NCBI RefSeq assembly: GCF_964355755.1 | Contig: NC_092676.1 | Coordinates: 21,346,871 to 21,410,870, forward strand | Source: Antedon mediterranea | Taxonomy: Eukaryota; Animalia; Echinodermata | Length of the DNA: 64,000 nucleotides | Reading direction: 5' to 3' | In this document: piece by piece, positions 28,900-41,819 of the stretch | Layout: each line of letters opens with the position of its first letter | How positions within the stretch are numbered: the first letter of the stretch is position 1 | Position numbers and translations under genes: made by a program | Notes under the pieces: generated by a model | Seen by the model: the letters and a program-made list of their open reading frames with translations, nothing else | The model's database searches: none | What the model was told of the DNA's origin: nothing

Positions 28900-29260
28900 A
28901 CATACAATCATTTAAGGTGGAACATAATTTTTCATCAAAGAATCTCTGAAATAGATGGGCTAAAGGAGTCGCAATACCACTAGCAGTTCTCCAACAATAT
29001 TATTGAATTTAAATGATCAGGTCCCGGTGATTTGTTAGGTTTATGTCTCTGCGGGGTACAGTACAGTGGTTAATTTATCATCATCTATAGAAACTTCTAA
29101 AAGGTAAAAAACTCGTTTGGTATAAAGTTAGAATTGATTGTAAACACGAATGTAAAGTATTTCGGCTGTTTCCATGTCATTAACAACTATATTCCCTTCA
29201 TAATTAACTAAGGGCCCCACTGAATCTTTGGCTTTAATACTGGATCTGACGTAACTATTG
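28900..29260 (-). mobile_element. CR1 LINE fragment (upstream continuation of 25820-26640)
   Basis: Minus strand reads KPNKSPGPD...GIATPLAHLF, the segment that precedes NYxPVSLTS in CR1 ORF2. Confidence 0.7.
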
Positions 29261-29782
29261 GTTTTCGATAAATCCAAATAACAATGATCGTAGCAAAATG
29301 TTGCTACTTGTCAATTAAGTGGATTAACTCGTCAACATGGATTAAGTAAAACTTAGTCAAAAAACAAGCGTAGGTGTATATGAAACATAACATAATCCAG
29401 GTAAGTAAGTAAATCTTTGTCAACATTCAAAGCTATAAATATCCTTTACTATAGTGTTGTAAAGTGGGTTAACTCATCAGCATAGATTAATAAATAAGCG
29501 TAGGCCTACAGTATATAAACATAAATCATACCTTTTAGTCTTTTAGATGAGTCTTATTGTAATCTGACAGTTTAATTTAAGAAAAAGAAATGTTTCATAT
29601 TCATTTATAAGAATTCACAGAAAGTTGTTATTGTATAATATAGAAAACTTGTGAGTGTGTGACGTCTGGCTGAAGGAAAAAAAGCTAGGGATTAGGCAAG
29701 CGAGTAGGCCTATAGAATGCCTGGCACCATTATTTTCAAATGAAACATATTTATTTCTTTTTTCTAAAGTATAAGTAATGCG
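29258..29782. repeat. Dispersed repeat; inverted copy at 39239-39835 and partial copy at about 30430-30770
   Basis: Reverse-complement matches at both ends (ttttcgataaatccaaataacaatgatcgtagcaaaatg and gaatgcctggcaccattattttcaaatgaaac), with internal repeats of gtggattaactcgtcaacatggattaag. Confidence 0.85.
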
Positions 29783-30949
29783 TTACCAACATATACAATG
29801 TATTTCAAGCAATAAATAAAATGATACCTGATTAAAAAATAAATGCTTCTGATCATAAAATCATTTAAAAATAACAAATATTTATTGTGATATGAAATAT
29901 TTTGTTTAATCTTTGAAATGCCTATTCTTTACAAAGCAACTTTCGAAATTAAATTTTGAAAAAATATCATAAAACTTACTTTTCAGTAACAAAAAATAGT
30001 CGTTAGGATTAAGAAAAAAAATATATCATAGACCTACTGTACGATTTTAGAATATACACTGTACTTATTTTGTGGGAATTAATTGAGTCATATAAATACA
30101 AATAAATCATAGCAGGCAACGGGCATGGCTCACACAATAGAGTTATAAATTAAAAGTTAGAAATAGAACTGCGGCAAAATAATTATAATACCACGATAAG
30201 CATAAGCTAAGCCTACCTCAAAACTATAACTATCCTTTTTTATTTATTTTTTCATTTATATAACATATTTATACAGGATAAAAATATATAGGTACAGATG
30301 TAACACCTGTTTTACATATGGTTCTGTTTAAAAAAATAAAAGGTTAAAAACATGTATAAAAACTCTTTAAAATTTGCTAAAAGAGTAAAATAAAAATACG
30401 AAGAAAAAAAATGTGTATGTACTGTACATTAAACTATTCAACTAGTATGAAGTAACACAACTTTTTGAATAAATAGGCCTATATAAAATATAATAACATG
30501 CATTCTAGTCTGATGAGTAGGCTTATAATCCAATAATGATTGTAGCAAAGTATTGCTACTTTGTCAATAAAGAAGCGTAGATCTACACTCTTACCAAATT
30601 GAAAACTGTAACTATTCATTACTATTCAACTAGTGTTGTAAAGTGGATTAACTCGTCAACATGGATTAAGCAAAACTTTGTCAAAAAAATAAACGTAGGC
30701 CTATATGAAATAACATACGTTCTAGTCTGATGAGTCTTTTTTTTAATTTGATAGTTTAATTTAAAAGAAATATTTGAGTTGCGATAGATGATATGGAGCA
30801 GACAAAAACGTGTTACGACTACACCTTGTACAGAATGTTGAAACCCAATATGGATTACATGATCATAAAATATAGTTAAAATGATTACAACATCACAATA
30901 TATTAGCCCTATATTGCATGATTTATCTTTACCAATATCAAATACGTTT

Positions 30950-31370
30950 ATTTAAGGGACAATTTGAGGCCAATTCCAACATTACAACCTATACAACCTA
31001 ACAGTTTACTTCACTTAAAAGCTTTAGAAACATACCGTACATTAAAGTTGATATATTGAGGAGATTGTACAAAACTACGGATAATGTGGTAAAGCTGTTT
31101 CTATGATGGTAAAAAAAAAACCCTCTCCATAGATCCCAAGATTGGACCTAATTTTACACAATTTACACCCAAAATCCCTAAAGGAGGCAATCCTGGTAGA
31201 CCCATCATTTCGGGCAATAGCACTTTCGCTACAAGAACAAATTCTGAATATGTGGATGGTTTCTTTATCATGTGTGACTGATCTACCTTCATTCATTCAG
31301 GAAACCAAGACTTTATCCGCAAAATTAACCAATTCAAAATTTACCTAATAATGTTCTGGCTTATAGATGT
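30950..31370 (+). mobile_element. Penelope-like retroelement RT fragment
   Basis: PKIPKGGNPGRPIISGNS...SEYVD...LPSFIQET resembles the PLE RT motif PKIHK..NPGRPIIS...LPSFIQDT; frameshifted. Confidence 0.8.
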
Positions 31371-31843
31371 TTATTATTATTATTATGCTAATATCCATTC
31401 ATTCATTTTAAAATTATTCCATTGACTACCTAAATTTAAGTTTCCATATTAACCACCGTTTGAATTGTTTTTTTTAGTTCTATCCCAAAATTGTTTATAT
31501 CTATCGTATCATTGTTTCAATGTTTTTCTTGTTTCAAATTTAATGTTTGCATTATTCTATGTATTTGATTTATTTTAAATTTTATGCTGTTTTGTAAATT
31601 GTACTGCCCTAAGTAATAAATATTACTTACTTACGTTAATTTTACACATAAATTATAATTAAATTATAATATTATAACATTAACTTATAATTATGATACT
31701 GTGCAATTTCACAGGTTACTTTCATAATATCGAAGATTAAGGTGAGACTGGTAATTTCCGATTTGTGTACAGTACTCGAAGAACCAAGACAACACCCTAT
31801 ATTATACTTTACAGAACGATACACTCAATTCCGAAGCCTAATC

Positions 31844-33061
31844 ATGCTCTACAAACAAATCCCATCGCTGGTTGTTGGACTAGTGTTGATGGTTGGAGCT
31901 GGAATTGCAATTCCTGTGTACAACCCACAAATAGACCATCTGCCTAATGGTAACACGCTTCTTAGCTCAATAATAGACCGTTTATCATCACCACGCTATG
32001 AGGCAAAACCTACCCGAATTACTCCTAACCGCCAAAATCAAGATGGAATTCCATTGGAAAACTTCCAGAAGCTGAACAGTCAGCCGAACACAGCGCTTGG
32101 TACAGATGAAATTACCGGGGGGGATCCCGCTGCTCAGCCACCTATTCTGATACTTACAGAAGACCAAAAACGACAAGTTCTTAGCACTTATGGAAGTTAC
32201 TTCGGAGCAAGACCGGCGATTACAGAGAATGAATCAGCAGACATTTCTCCAAAAACCGAGCACTTCATTCAATTAGCTTCAAGAAGTATTAAGTTCGACA
32301 TTTGTCCCCCATCTTACAGCTATAACTCACTTTACTTTGCTGAAAACGTTAATGGAACATTAGTCCAAGTTGTACAGGTGAGTTTTTCAATTTGTGACGA
32401 CCTAGGGCTAATTATAGTCCAGGCAGGGAAGAGTGAAATTACAATTTATTCTTCTTCCCTCCAAAGAAAAGTATCTGATACACGATCTTTGGTACCGGCC
32501 TATATGGGTCGTTGGTTTAGACCTAAAATACACCAAAATTTCAAGGAATCGAGATAGAAAGTGCGTTCCATTCTCTATGCATGCTAATCTCCACTCTCAT
32601 CAAAATTACTAGAGAGCTTTTGATTTGTTGACCTGGCTAGGACCTAGAGCCAGGTCAACCAGGTCAGCCAGGTTTTTATAATAAACAATTAAGAACTGTG
32701 AAAAATATACTTGATTAATGTAGAATAAAGAAGGTTTCGTTTAATACGGGAGGTTTATTCTTAACCAGAAACTCACAAGTTAAAGTATATTTGTATACTA
32801 TACAATTATATTCTTTTAATACAATGTTCTATTTTTCTTTATCATATTATATAGTTTACAAACGATGAGAAACAATGGTTTTTAGATGAAAAGTGTGATA
32901 ACAGTTTATCATATATCGTCAACAATGTCGAATGTGGCGTCAGAACCCGTTTAGTCGACGCAATTGTTATACTTAATCTGGACTCCGACTCGGACACGAT
33001 CAGTATAACTAGACAACAGATTAAAGTAGACAGCTGTGCTGCTTACTATGTCGAGGATTAA
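31844..33061 (+). CDS. Secreted Spaetzle/neurotrophin-like cystine-knot-family protein, 246 aa; exons 31844-32377 and 32855-33061
   Basis: Hydrophobic signal peptide (MLYKQIPSLVVGLVLMVGAGIA), low-complexity pro-region, then DICPPSYSYNSLYFAENVNGTLVQVVQ|FTNDEKQWFLDEKC...VECGVRTRLVDAIV...IKVDSCAAY. Phase-0 GT-AG intron. The gene is solid; the family call is by recalled pattern. Confidence 0.7.
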
Positions 33062-33335
33062 CACCATAGTCATGTTCCTCGTGGCGTATTACGTAGGATT
33101 TGTATGCCCAAAGTGAAAGTACATACATACAAGAAAACCAAAAATGTTAGGTAACAAATTTGAATAACCATTTCCGTAACCATGGTAAAAGCCACATTTC
33201 AAAATCTCCGTAACCCTTTGGTCTACCAACAAGATATGGTATTAGAATATACTCGAAGCATACATATTTATATTCATACCACGCCGAGAGTGTTAAAGAG
33301 TCGCTATCCAATTGAGTTTGAACAATACCATGAAA

Positions 33336-33407
33336 GCCCCAGTGGTCTAATGGTTAGGACATCTGCATATCAAGCAGGCGGTCCGAGTTCGAGTCTCGGT
33401 TGGGGCA
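33336..33407 (+). other. tRNA-like cloverleaf with anticodon ATC (Asp-like); probably a SINE head or tRNA pseudogene
   Basis: GCCCCAG/TTGGGGC acceptor stem, A-box TGGTCTAATGG, TCTGC-ATATCAA-GCAGG anticodon arm, CCGAG-TTCGAGT-CTCGG T arm. No oligo-T terminator directly downstream, and A at position 32 is atypical. Confidence 0.6.
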
Positions 33408-34071
33408 TGGAGAAATCCTAACTGATTTCTCCATGGTTGGGGCGACTTATTCTCATTCTCACAGATTTCCTCATCTTTATCGTTTCAAATTAATTAACTA
33501 AATTTCAATATATCACCGGGCGGTTTCGAATTAATGTTTATTACCTAATGTGTTTATATTCATTGTAATGGCATATTTTGACGAAAAGTAGCAGAAAATG
33601 ATATTTGTCTGCACTATATTGACCATTGACCTTGACTCGCTCTGTATCTAATAAACGAGTTGTCATAGAAATTCAAAATGGTATCAAATTGCTCAGACCA
33701 TACCTATTTATTTTATTCTAATGAAATAGTTTGTGAAAAAAATGACCGGAAGTAAAGTTATTGACCTTTGACCTAATAAACATGAACTTGATGTATGAGC
33801 ATTTATTTTTGTGGGCATTTATTGTGATAGGAATTAAAAAATGGGTTTATAAATATTATTATCACTTTAGTTTCTTGAATATCTAATTATCTAATTCACA
33901 TATTTGGTTTTTATATATTTTATAAACATTATATACGTTATAGTGTAAGTGAATCTATTGGACTACATAATTTAAGTGAAGTGGATTGGACGAAAATGAA
34001 TGCAGTGCAATGCATTTCTACTGCAACTTTTACTATAGTTCGAAGTTGTTTACATAGATACATTTGTTACT

Positions 34072-34329
34072 AACTGAACCAATCCCTCAAACTGTCATCT
34101 ATGACCACGTAATAATGTATGGCTGGCAGTAGTTCAATGTATGACTGAGAAACCTCTATATGAAAATGTTTTAAGAACAAGCTCTAGGAAATAAAATGAA
34201 ATTACCATAAATTTTGAAGAATCAACGACTCCTCTTACGCATTTCATTTACGTTTCTCATACATTGAACTACTGCCAGTCATACATTATTACGTGGTCAT
34301 AAATGACAGTTTGAGTGATTGGTTCAGTT
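34072..34329. mobile_element. Palindromic MITE with about 80-bp inverted arms
   Basis: aactgaaccaatccctcaaactgtcatctatgaccacgtaataatgtatgg... is mirrored by ...tcatacattattacgtggtcataaatgacagtttgagtgattggttcagtt. Confidence 0.85.
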
Positions 34330-35984
34330 GCTTGGTTAGACGTTTCTTGGTTTTGCCTCTCCTGTACGCACAGACGTCTTGACTGTCAAAATATTACATT
34401 TGTTTAGTTTTATTTTCTTTTTTAATGCAATTTCATAGCAAATAGGGATTCATATTCTCAACATTTCCCTATACCTGTGGTGGCCCAAAATACCCACCAA
34501 TTCGAAACCCTGGATTTGATTTTTAACGGTTCGTGTGTGTCATATTTATCAGGTACAAACACGAACTGTTGAAAGTCATATATTGTAAAGAATGCGGATG
34601 TACGCTGCATCCCTGCCTAATAAAATGTATGTCCTTGGTTGAAAACATATGCCCTATTTTAGTGGCGGAAACAATCTTACGTTAAACATTATACTCAGTA
34701 ATTTTATGGTTAGACAAATTTTATTCATAATTTTATTTACTTCACATTAGAAAACGGACTTAGCTTTTTTTTAAACAAATGTTTAACTATCAGTAAAAAT
34801 AAATCCATTAATTAAGTTTGATTCCTACTTGGACGCAACAAACGCAAAGGCGTAACAGAACCGCAGATGAGTTGACCAATGATAAGTGGTAATTCAGAAG
34901 ACTCATCACGTAGTGATTGGTCAAATGAACAATTGTGTTAAGCTTACGTCATTGCGTTGCGTCCTAGTGAGAACCAAAACAGTTAATATTTAACACACGT
35001 CAAACACCATAACAAAATACAAAGTGATAACAGATTCATTTATTCATTTCCTTTATTTTGGATAGTACATCCATATACAAAACATACAAAACAAAACAAT
35101 TCATCAGGTAAATTAACAATAGCATCTTCCACAAAAACAACCTAAAATAAATATAAATTTGCACCAACGGTGATGCAGGTTGTATTATGGAAGTACGGTA
35201 ATAGTTTTAATTAGTGAATTCTGTTCTTAAACTATGAACGGAGTTCCTCCAATATTATTATATAATAATAATTGCTAGTAAAGGTACTTATATATGTATA
35301 CTAGATGTTTAAGTTTTATTTTGCATTTGTGCCCTGTTATATACTTATTTACTTTGCAAGAATGTAATAAATTTGGTGGTGGACAAACTGATTTAGCAGT
35401 CGTTTTCTTTTCTGAATACAGATAATTAAGTTATATATTATACAGATATTGCCTGTTTAGAGGTTAAATATAAGATTTGACATCCCCGAGGGAATGATAT
35501 TTTGTTCGAGGGGATATATTTCGCGAAACGTAAGCGCTAAGGGAAATATAATCACTCGGTCAATATCATCGTACTCGAGGATATATACGATTTAGGATCC
35601 TCGCAGGTGTAGTCATGTGATGCAGTTTCAACCAATCGCGTTCACGTATTTACATAGACTATGTTATATAACCATTTAACAGTTGTTAAATCTATAATAA
35701 AAGTGAAAGATCCAACTTATTAGGGACTGGGCGCAACATTAATACTTGCAAAATGACTAAACTCGAAACGAACACGCTATTAGATTATAAGTGGATGTGC
35801 GAAAGATGCGGTCCTCATCCTATATCCACCACTGAAAATGTTTGTAAATTAAATATGTGCTCGGTAAACACCGTCTTCGAAGATCAGTTAAGAGATACAA
35901 GTAACAATGTTAAAGACAACTGTTTTACATAACAACTTAATTACTCAGATGTACTTTATCTTATACCACCCTCTATAGAAAGTA

Positions 35985-36476
35985 GGGACTTTACGGAACA
36001 CGACGGTTAGGGGAGGACGACAAATATCCTGTGTTCTCTAGAGCGTAAAATCATAACAGTCAACATAGCCGTTTTATTAGTTACGCACCCTTTCGCAAAG
36101 ACGACGACCGGCAGTCTCTCTCCATCCCCTGTCTCTTGGCGCAGGGCCCTTCTAAATCGCTTGGCTCTAGTGATACAGCATATACAGCCATTTTAACCCA
36201 ATTGAAATGTCATTTAATTAAACAATTAAATTAGAAGTTCAATAATAGTATTTAGAGTTTAAAAATTCCACGTTTAAGTGTAATTTGAACTGTATATTTA
36301 TGGTTGTTATTATTATTTCTAGTCGTCCTCCGTAAACGGGAAAATGGCAACTTATCGTCCTCAAAAAGTTAAGACGACGCAATTTCACGCTAAGCTCCGC
36401 CCACTTTATTAAAGCTCATGCATACATTATTCATGAGCACCGTCCTGTGGCTTCCCGTCGTATTTCGTAAAGTTCC
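35985..36476. mobile_element. MITE with terminal inverted repeats flanked by TA
   Basis: ta|gggactttacggaacacgacgg ... ccgtcgtatttcgtaaagttcc|ta. Confidence 0.65.
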
Positions 36477-39400
36477 TACATATGATTCAGAAAAAAAAAA
36501 CCAACACAACCGGTGGTTTAATTACCAACAATCATATTATTACATTGTTAAGTTAGCTCTGTCTACACACAGTGATGTGCCCAAAATGTTAGTAATATGA
36601 CGTCATCGTGCCCATGTATGGAAACATCACATAGTTTGGTAGAGAGCTTACACCATTTACAAAACAATTTGAAATTGAATTATTTTGATAATCAATTGGA
36701 AAACTAGTATTAGGCCTATTGCTCAGATAATCTTTTTCGACAGATTAGAAAAATAATATTAAAAGAAGCAAATTGAATTCAATTCAATAATAGTTATAAT
36801 ATTATAGTAATAATAGTAATGAGAACATGTGGCGTGATTGGAAAGCTTTTTATAAATTGGGCCTCGATTATTCAGAATGAGAACATGTGACGTGATTGGA
36901 AAGCCTCGATTATTTCTCACGATGAAGAGTGTAATAATTAAACATTCTTGGTCTCAAACAAGTGTATCTCACTTTCCTCCTAATACACATTGTAATTGAT
37001 TTTCATTGTATTTATAGGCCTAATTGTAATTTGCTTCACTCGCTCCCCCTCTAGGAAGTGTAGACGATGGTTCTCGGAATGATAATGACTCGGGTAAATG
37101 ATGTTCTCCTTGTACGTTTTGTGTCGGTTAAATTCTTGACATTTGTAAAACTAAACCTACTCTGTTTCACAGTGTCTTAGATGATTAATAACATTTTACA
37201 CAGTAGGCTTATAGTGTGTATTGTTTGGTAGGGCCCTTATAGGGCTGAAGTGGGGAGGTGGAGTTCATTTGAGGGAGGTGCTTATTCAAGGGATATGTTA
37301 TAACATTTATAATCAAATAAAATCCTCTAATAGATATATGAAAGGTGGTAAAAAAAGAATAACAAATACTTGGTAAATTGTAGATAACAGTGCGATGAAT
37401 TCTACTACAAATAGTATCATTGTGTTACTATAAATATAATACAATATTGTCTGTATAATTGTGGATGGGTGTTTATTAGATAGTTGGGTTGGGGGTGGCG
37501 TTTATTAAAATAAATGTCATCCTAATAAGTAATACATTATTTAATTTAAACATCTTTTGAAACTAACTTCCGCGGTAAGAAGACGTTTAAGACGGCTTGC
37601 AACATGGGCAGACATCCCGGTCCAAACGGGACACAGATAGCCTATAGTTATTCCTGCCAGCTTACTCAATAAAACTCAGCTTACTCAATAAAACTCGGCT
37701 CTCGGGATTTCACTCGATTTTAAACAAAATGTCTTATCATCAGATCTCCCTATGTAATTTTATAATACTATTCCTCACAATATATTCCGATGCTTTATGG
37801 CGTATATTTAATTTGATCTTTATTAATTTGCAGTATAATTTTAATTTTTTAACTACCGAACCTTCACACGCGCGGTCTGATCCGAAAATAATCAAAAAAG
37901 TAAAATGGCTATATAGCCACTAACGGCAAACTTAGTTGAAACCTGGAAGTTGCAAGGTGAACATGTGAACTTATCGTGAACCCGGAAATTACTTCGACCC
38001 GCGTACAATTGAAATTGAATTGAAAATATACTGATGAAATAAAAAATGTTATTATAAAACCATTTATAATATCTTCCTAAGATAGAAATATGGAACAATA
38101 GCGTAGTACTGAAAACTAATGTTATCAAATCTACGTTTCGCGGTACATCTAAGATAGATAAGGTAGGCGGAGATTTATACCGAAGTTTTACCATTGTGCT
38201 CGCCTATTTCAGAAACCATAATTTATATATAGATGCTTGGTTCCGACTAGAAAGTAACACAAGGACGTAAACGCAACGCAAGCGAATTGACTAATGACAA
38301 TATACAGTTTGAAAAATTCACTATTATGATACGAGTTACAGGTACTGATCTATTATGATTGTTATTCTTTTTATCTTGTATATAAATACATTGTAATATC
38401 CGGATTCTTAAATGAAAACAAACAAATGAAAATGAAAAACTCACAAGGGGATTGTTCTTTCTGTGTAAAATATTTTTAAACGAGATAGATGATAATGATG
38501 ATCATTGTCAAGTGTATAGAAAAAGAATTTTATAAGAAAATTAATTTACAAAAAAAAGGAGATAATACTGAATTAAAAAATGTAACAATTGTGCTGATGA
38601 ATTGTAACGACATTTGGAATTAACATAATTATATGATTTTATGTAATGATGAATGTGAATAAAAGTAGTGTTTGCGCTACAAAAGAGAAAAAAAAAAAGT
38701 TATACAAATTCACTGATTGTGATTGGTCAAACTACTTTGCGATTACCTCATTGCGTTAGTGGGCACCAAGCCTAAATGAATAAATATAAACGGAATGAAC
38801 CGACCAATTAAAAACAATAATCAATCAACTGATCATGACTTAACCACTTATAATCAAACCGAAATAGTCATTGTGGCAATGAGTAATCTGGTTGGTAGTT
38901 TTGCGATGTTTTCTTCCAAGATTAGCTTTTGGTTTTGTGTCAGGACATCATCTGATTTTGTGATACCCTGTTAAAGTCACAGTTCTGACACTTGGCATGT
39001 GACACGACAATGGGTCTTGATTAAGCAAAATCAAATTATAATACAAATAAATATGTATATGGCTCCAATTCATGGTGTTGGTTGACAAATTTAAACTCCG
39101 TAACATTTCTGAAATAATTTTTGTTTTAGATTATTAAAATAAATTAGGTGAAGTTAAAACAGAAAGTGGAAGAGAGTTTTCCAAAAGCAAGAATATAATA
39201 GTATTATATCTAGTATATAACAGTATAATCTTGGATTTCGCATTACTTATACTTTAGAAAAAAGAAACAACAAATGTGTTTCATTTGAAAATAATGGTGC
39301 CAGGCATTCTATTGGCCTACTATTCCTCCCTAGCTTTGTTCCTTCAGCCAGACATCACTTAGTAAGTTTTCTATATTATACAACAACAACTTTTAGTGAA

Positions 39401-40931
39401 TAAATGAAAATGAAACATCTTTTTAAATTAAACTGTCAGAATACAAAAAGACTCATCAGACTAAAACGTACGTTGTTATGTTTATATAGGCCTTGGCCTA
39501 CGATTATTTATTAATCTATCCTGATGAGTTAACCCACCATACAACACTAGTTGAATAGTAAGGGATATTTATAGTTTTGAATGTTGACAAAGTTTTACTT
39601 AATCCATGTTGACGAGTTAATCCACTTTACAACACTAGTTGAATAGTAAGGGTTATTTATAGTTTTGAATGTTGACAAAGTTTTACTTAATCCTGGATTA
39701 TGTTATGTTTAATATAGGCCTAACGCTTATTCTTTTACAAAGTTTTACTTAATTCGTATTGACGAGTTAATCCACTTAATTGACAAGTAGCAACATTTTG
39801 CTACGATCATTGTTATTTGGATTTATCGAAAACCAAACTAAAGACTGCCTTTGTTTGTTTTTATTGTTTGTTTTTATTGATTTTGTTTGTAAATCATGTC
39901 AAGATAATAACAAACCTATACGGAGCACTGTAAACTGTTGTTTTTCCCCGCCAAATTGGACGCCATATTGGATTCTGGAGTATTTATTGGATTCTAAGTA
40001 GTTATTTAAGTAAGCCTCTACTAATTTTAATCATTAAAACACAACTGGAAGTAACAAAAACCGTTAGTTGGTTTACCCTATCCCCTATATATAGGTATCT
40101 ATGTGTGTTAATTGGCATTTGTGTGTGTTATATAAGCCAAAATATAAAAGTGCCGTCAAAAAATTTTCCCGAAGACCCTGGGATGGGGATTGTTTTTTTG
40201 ACATTCTATACGGTATACTCTATCAGAAAAACAAAAATAAAACATTTCCTATACTTTTTTCTCGCAAATGTGTATATTAACTTTTCTGCACCCAGGCTAT
40301 AGATAAATTATTAACTTTAAGCTCCTATTTTATTTGATGATGTAACCCATTAACTAATTCTCTTGATTATTAATATTAAGTACAAATTAATTTCAACTAA
40401 TTAACCATATTTTAGTAGACCATAGTTTTCTGTCGAAAATCGAAAATTCTTTCCATTCTTGAATCTTTTCTCTCTCAATTGTTATGTAAGCTTATTTATT
40501 TAACTATAAGTTAGTACTGACTGTACTATGAACAAGGTCTACTTAATTTTTTTTTCTGAAATATACAGACACACAATTGAAGAATATATGTACAAGCGTA
40601 ATATATTTTAACCGATTCTAATATCACTGGTATGGACACTAAGGAATAATAATAATAAAGTTAAAAGTTGATGACCTTTATACATAGGGGTGTTCAAATT
40701 CATGTTACTTCACTGGTGCAGAAATAAGAAGAAAGTAAACAAGTTTGAACAGTTTGTGAATATCACAGGCGCACAAAAAAAACATGAATAATACGGAAGA
40801 TCGTGGTGGTTTGTTTGTCTGCTAGGCCATCGAGACACCTGGTGCTTGGTACAAAATCATATAATACAATAGTACATACTAATAGTAGGCCCGTTTGTAC
40901 AACATTTTTTTGTTTGTTTTATCTTTATACT

Positions 40932-41197
40932 GGACTGATCTCCAGAGGGCCCAGTTGGTGATCAGTGGCTGTGATGTACTAATACACCGGGGTAACCCCC
41001 TACTCGTCTCGAAAGATGTACTAGGTTCTTTAAAGTGCACACGAGCTAGATGTGTACACTGGGCCTACGGTTTATAGTCCTTATCCAAGAAGACTCGTTC
41101 TACCACCAGAACCATGGAGTGAGTGAGCCTCGAACCCCTGCCGATGTTATGGCTATGTGATTACGGTTCCAATCTTAACCGCTCGGCCACTCACTCA
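40932..41197 (-). mobile_element. Near-full-length tRNA-derived SINE with Deu/Nin-like central domain
   Basis: Minus strand: A-box agtggccgagcgg, B-box ggttcgaggc, then ggataaggactataaaccgtagg...ctttaaagaacc...gagtagggggttaccccggtgt, resembling the DeuSINE core. Confidence 0.82.
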
Positions 41198-41819
41198 TTA
41201 AACAACAAAGATTGTAAACGTGATTTCCAGGTAATGTTTACCAATCAGTGCTAATAATAACATAAAGCAATAAATGAACACAAAGTCTACACATTGAGCA
41301 TAATACAAGTTTATCCCGTTACTTCATGTCTGCTGATCTAAAAGCGTCGCAATGTTTGCCTGGATAAGGTGTGTGTCTATTTATTTAAGTTTTGTATTTT
41401 AGAATTAGACATTCGTTTAGTATTCGATAGGCCTACGACATCAATGTTTTTAATTTTAAACGTTTTCTGTGATGTGTTGTGTACATATATCTATCTGATA
41501 ACTATACATGTTTACCTATGGTGTGAAGAATGAATTAGGTTAGTGTGACGACCAACAAACGTCTTAATAATGCATACAGAAGTGAAAGTTAGAGTGTGTC
41601 TGTATGTTACGGCAAAGGAGAAAGATAAAGTTACATTAATAGCGTTTTTTTTATTATAGTGAGTGGTTTACTTTGGGATCATTGGAATTGTTAGCCGCTG
41701 GTTTGTCTACAGCACTCGGAGTTAAAGTTTGGTCCCCGGGAGGACTATCCAGATCTCAACGAAGATCGAATGGTTATCGCAAGCTTACCATCCATGACAT
41801 CTTTCATCTTTCGCATACA

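Noticed and set aside
32378-32557. C-terminal tail of the 271-aa ORF (VSFSICDD...)
   Set aside because: Read-through into the intron after a strong cag|gtgagt donor; exon 2 at 32855 completes the domain.
32630-32675. Cluster of AGGTCA/TGACCT half-sites in the cytokine intron
   Set aside because: Looks like the palindromic interior of a small repeat; cannot be separated from a transposon remnant.
41580-41590. IRF-like AAGTGAAAGT motif upstream of the ART gene (also near 33110)
   Set aside because: A short A-rich motif expected by chance here, with no independent support.
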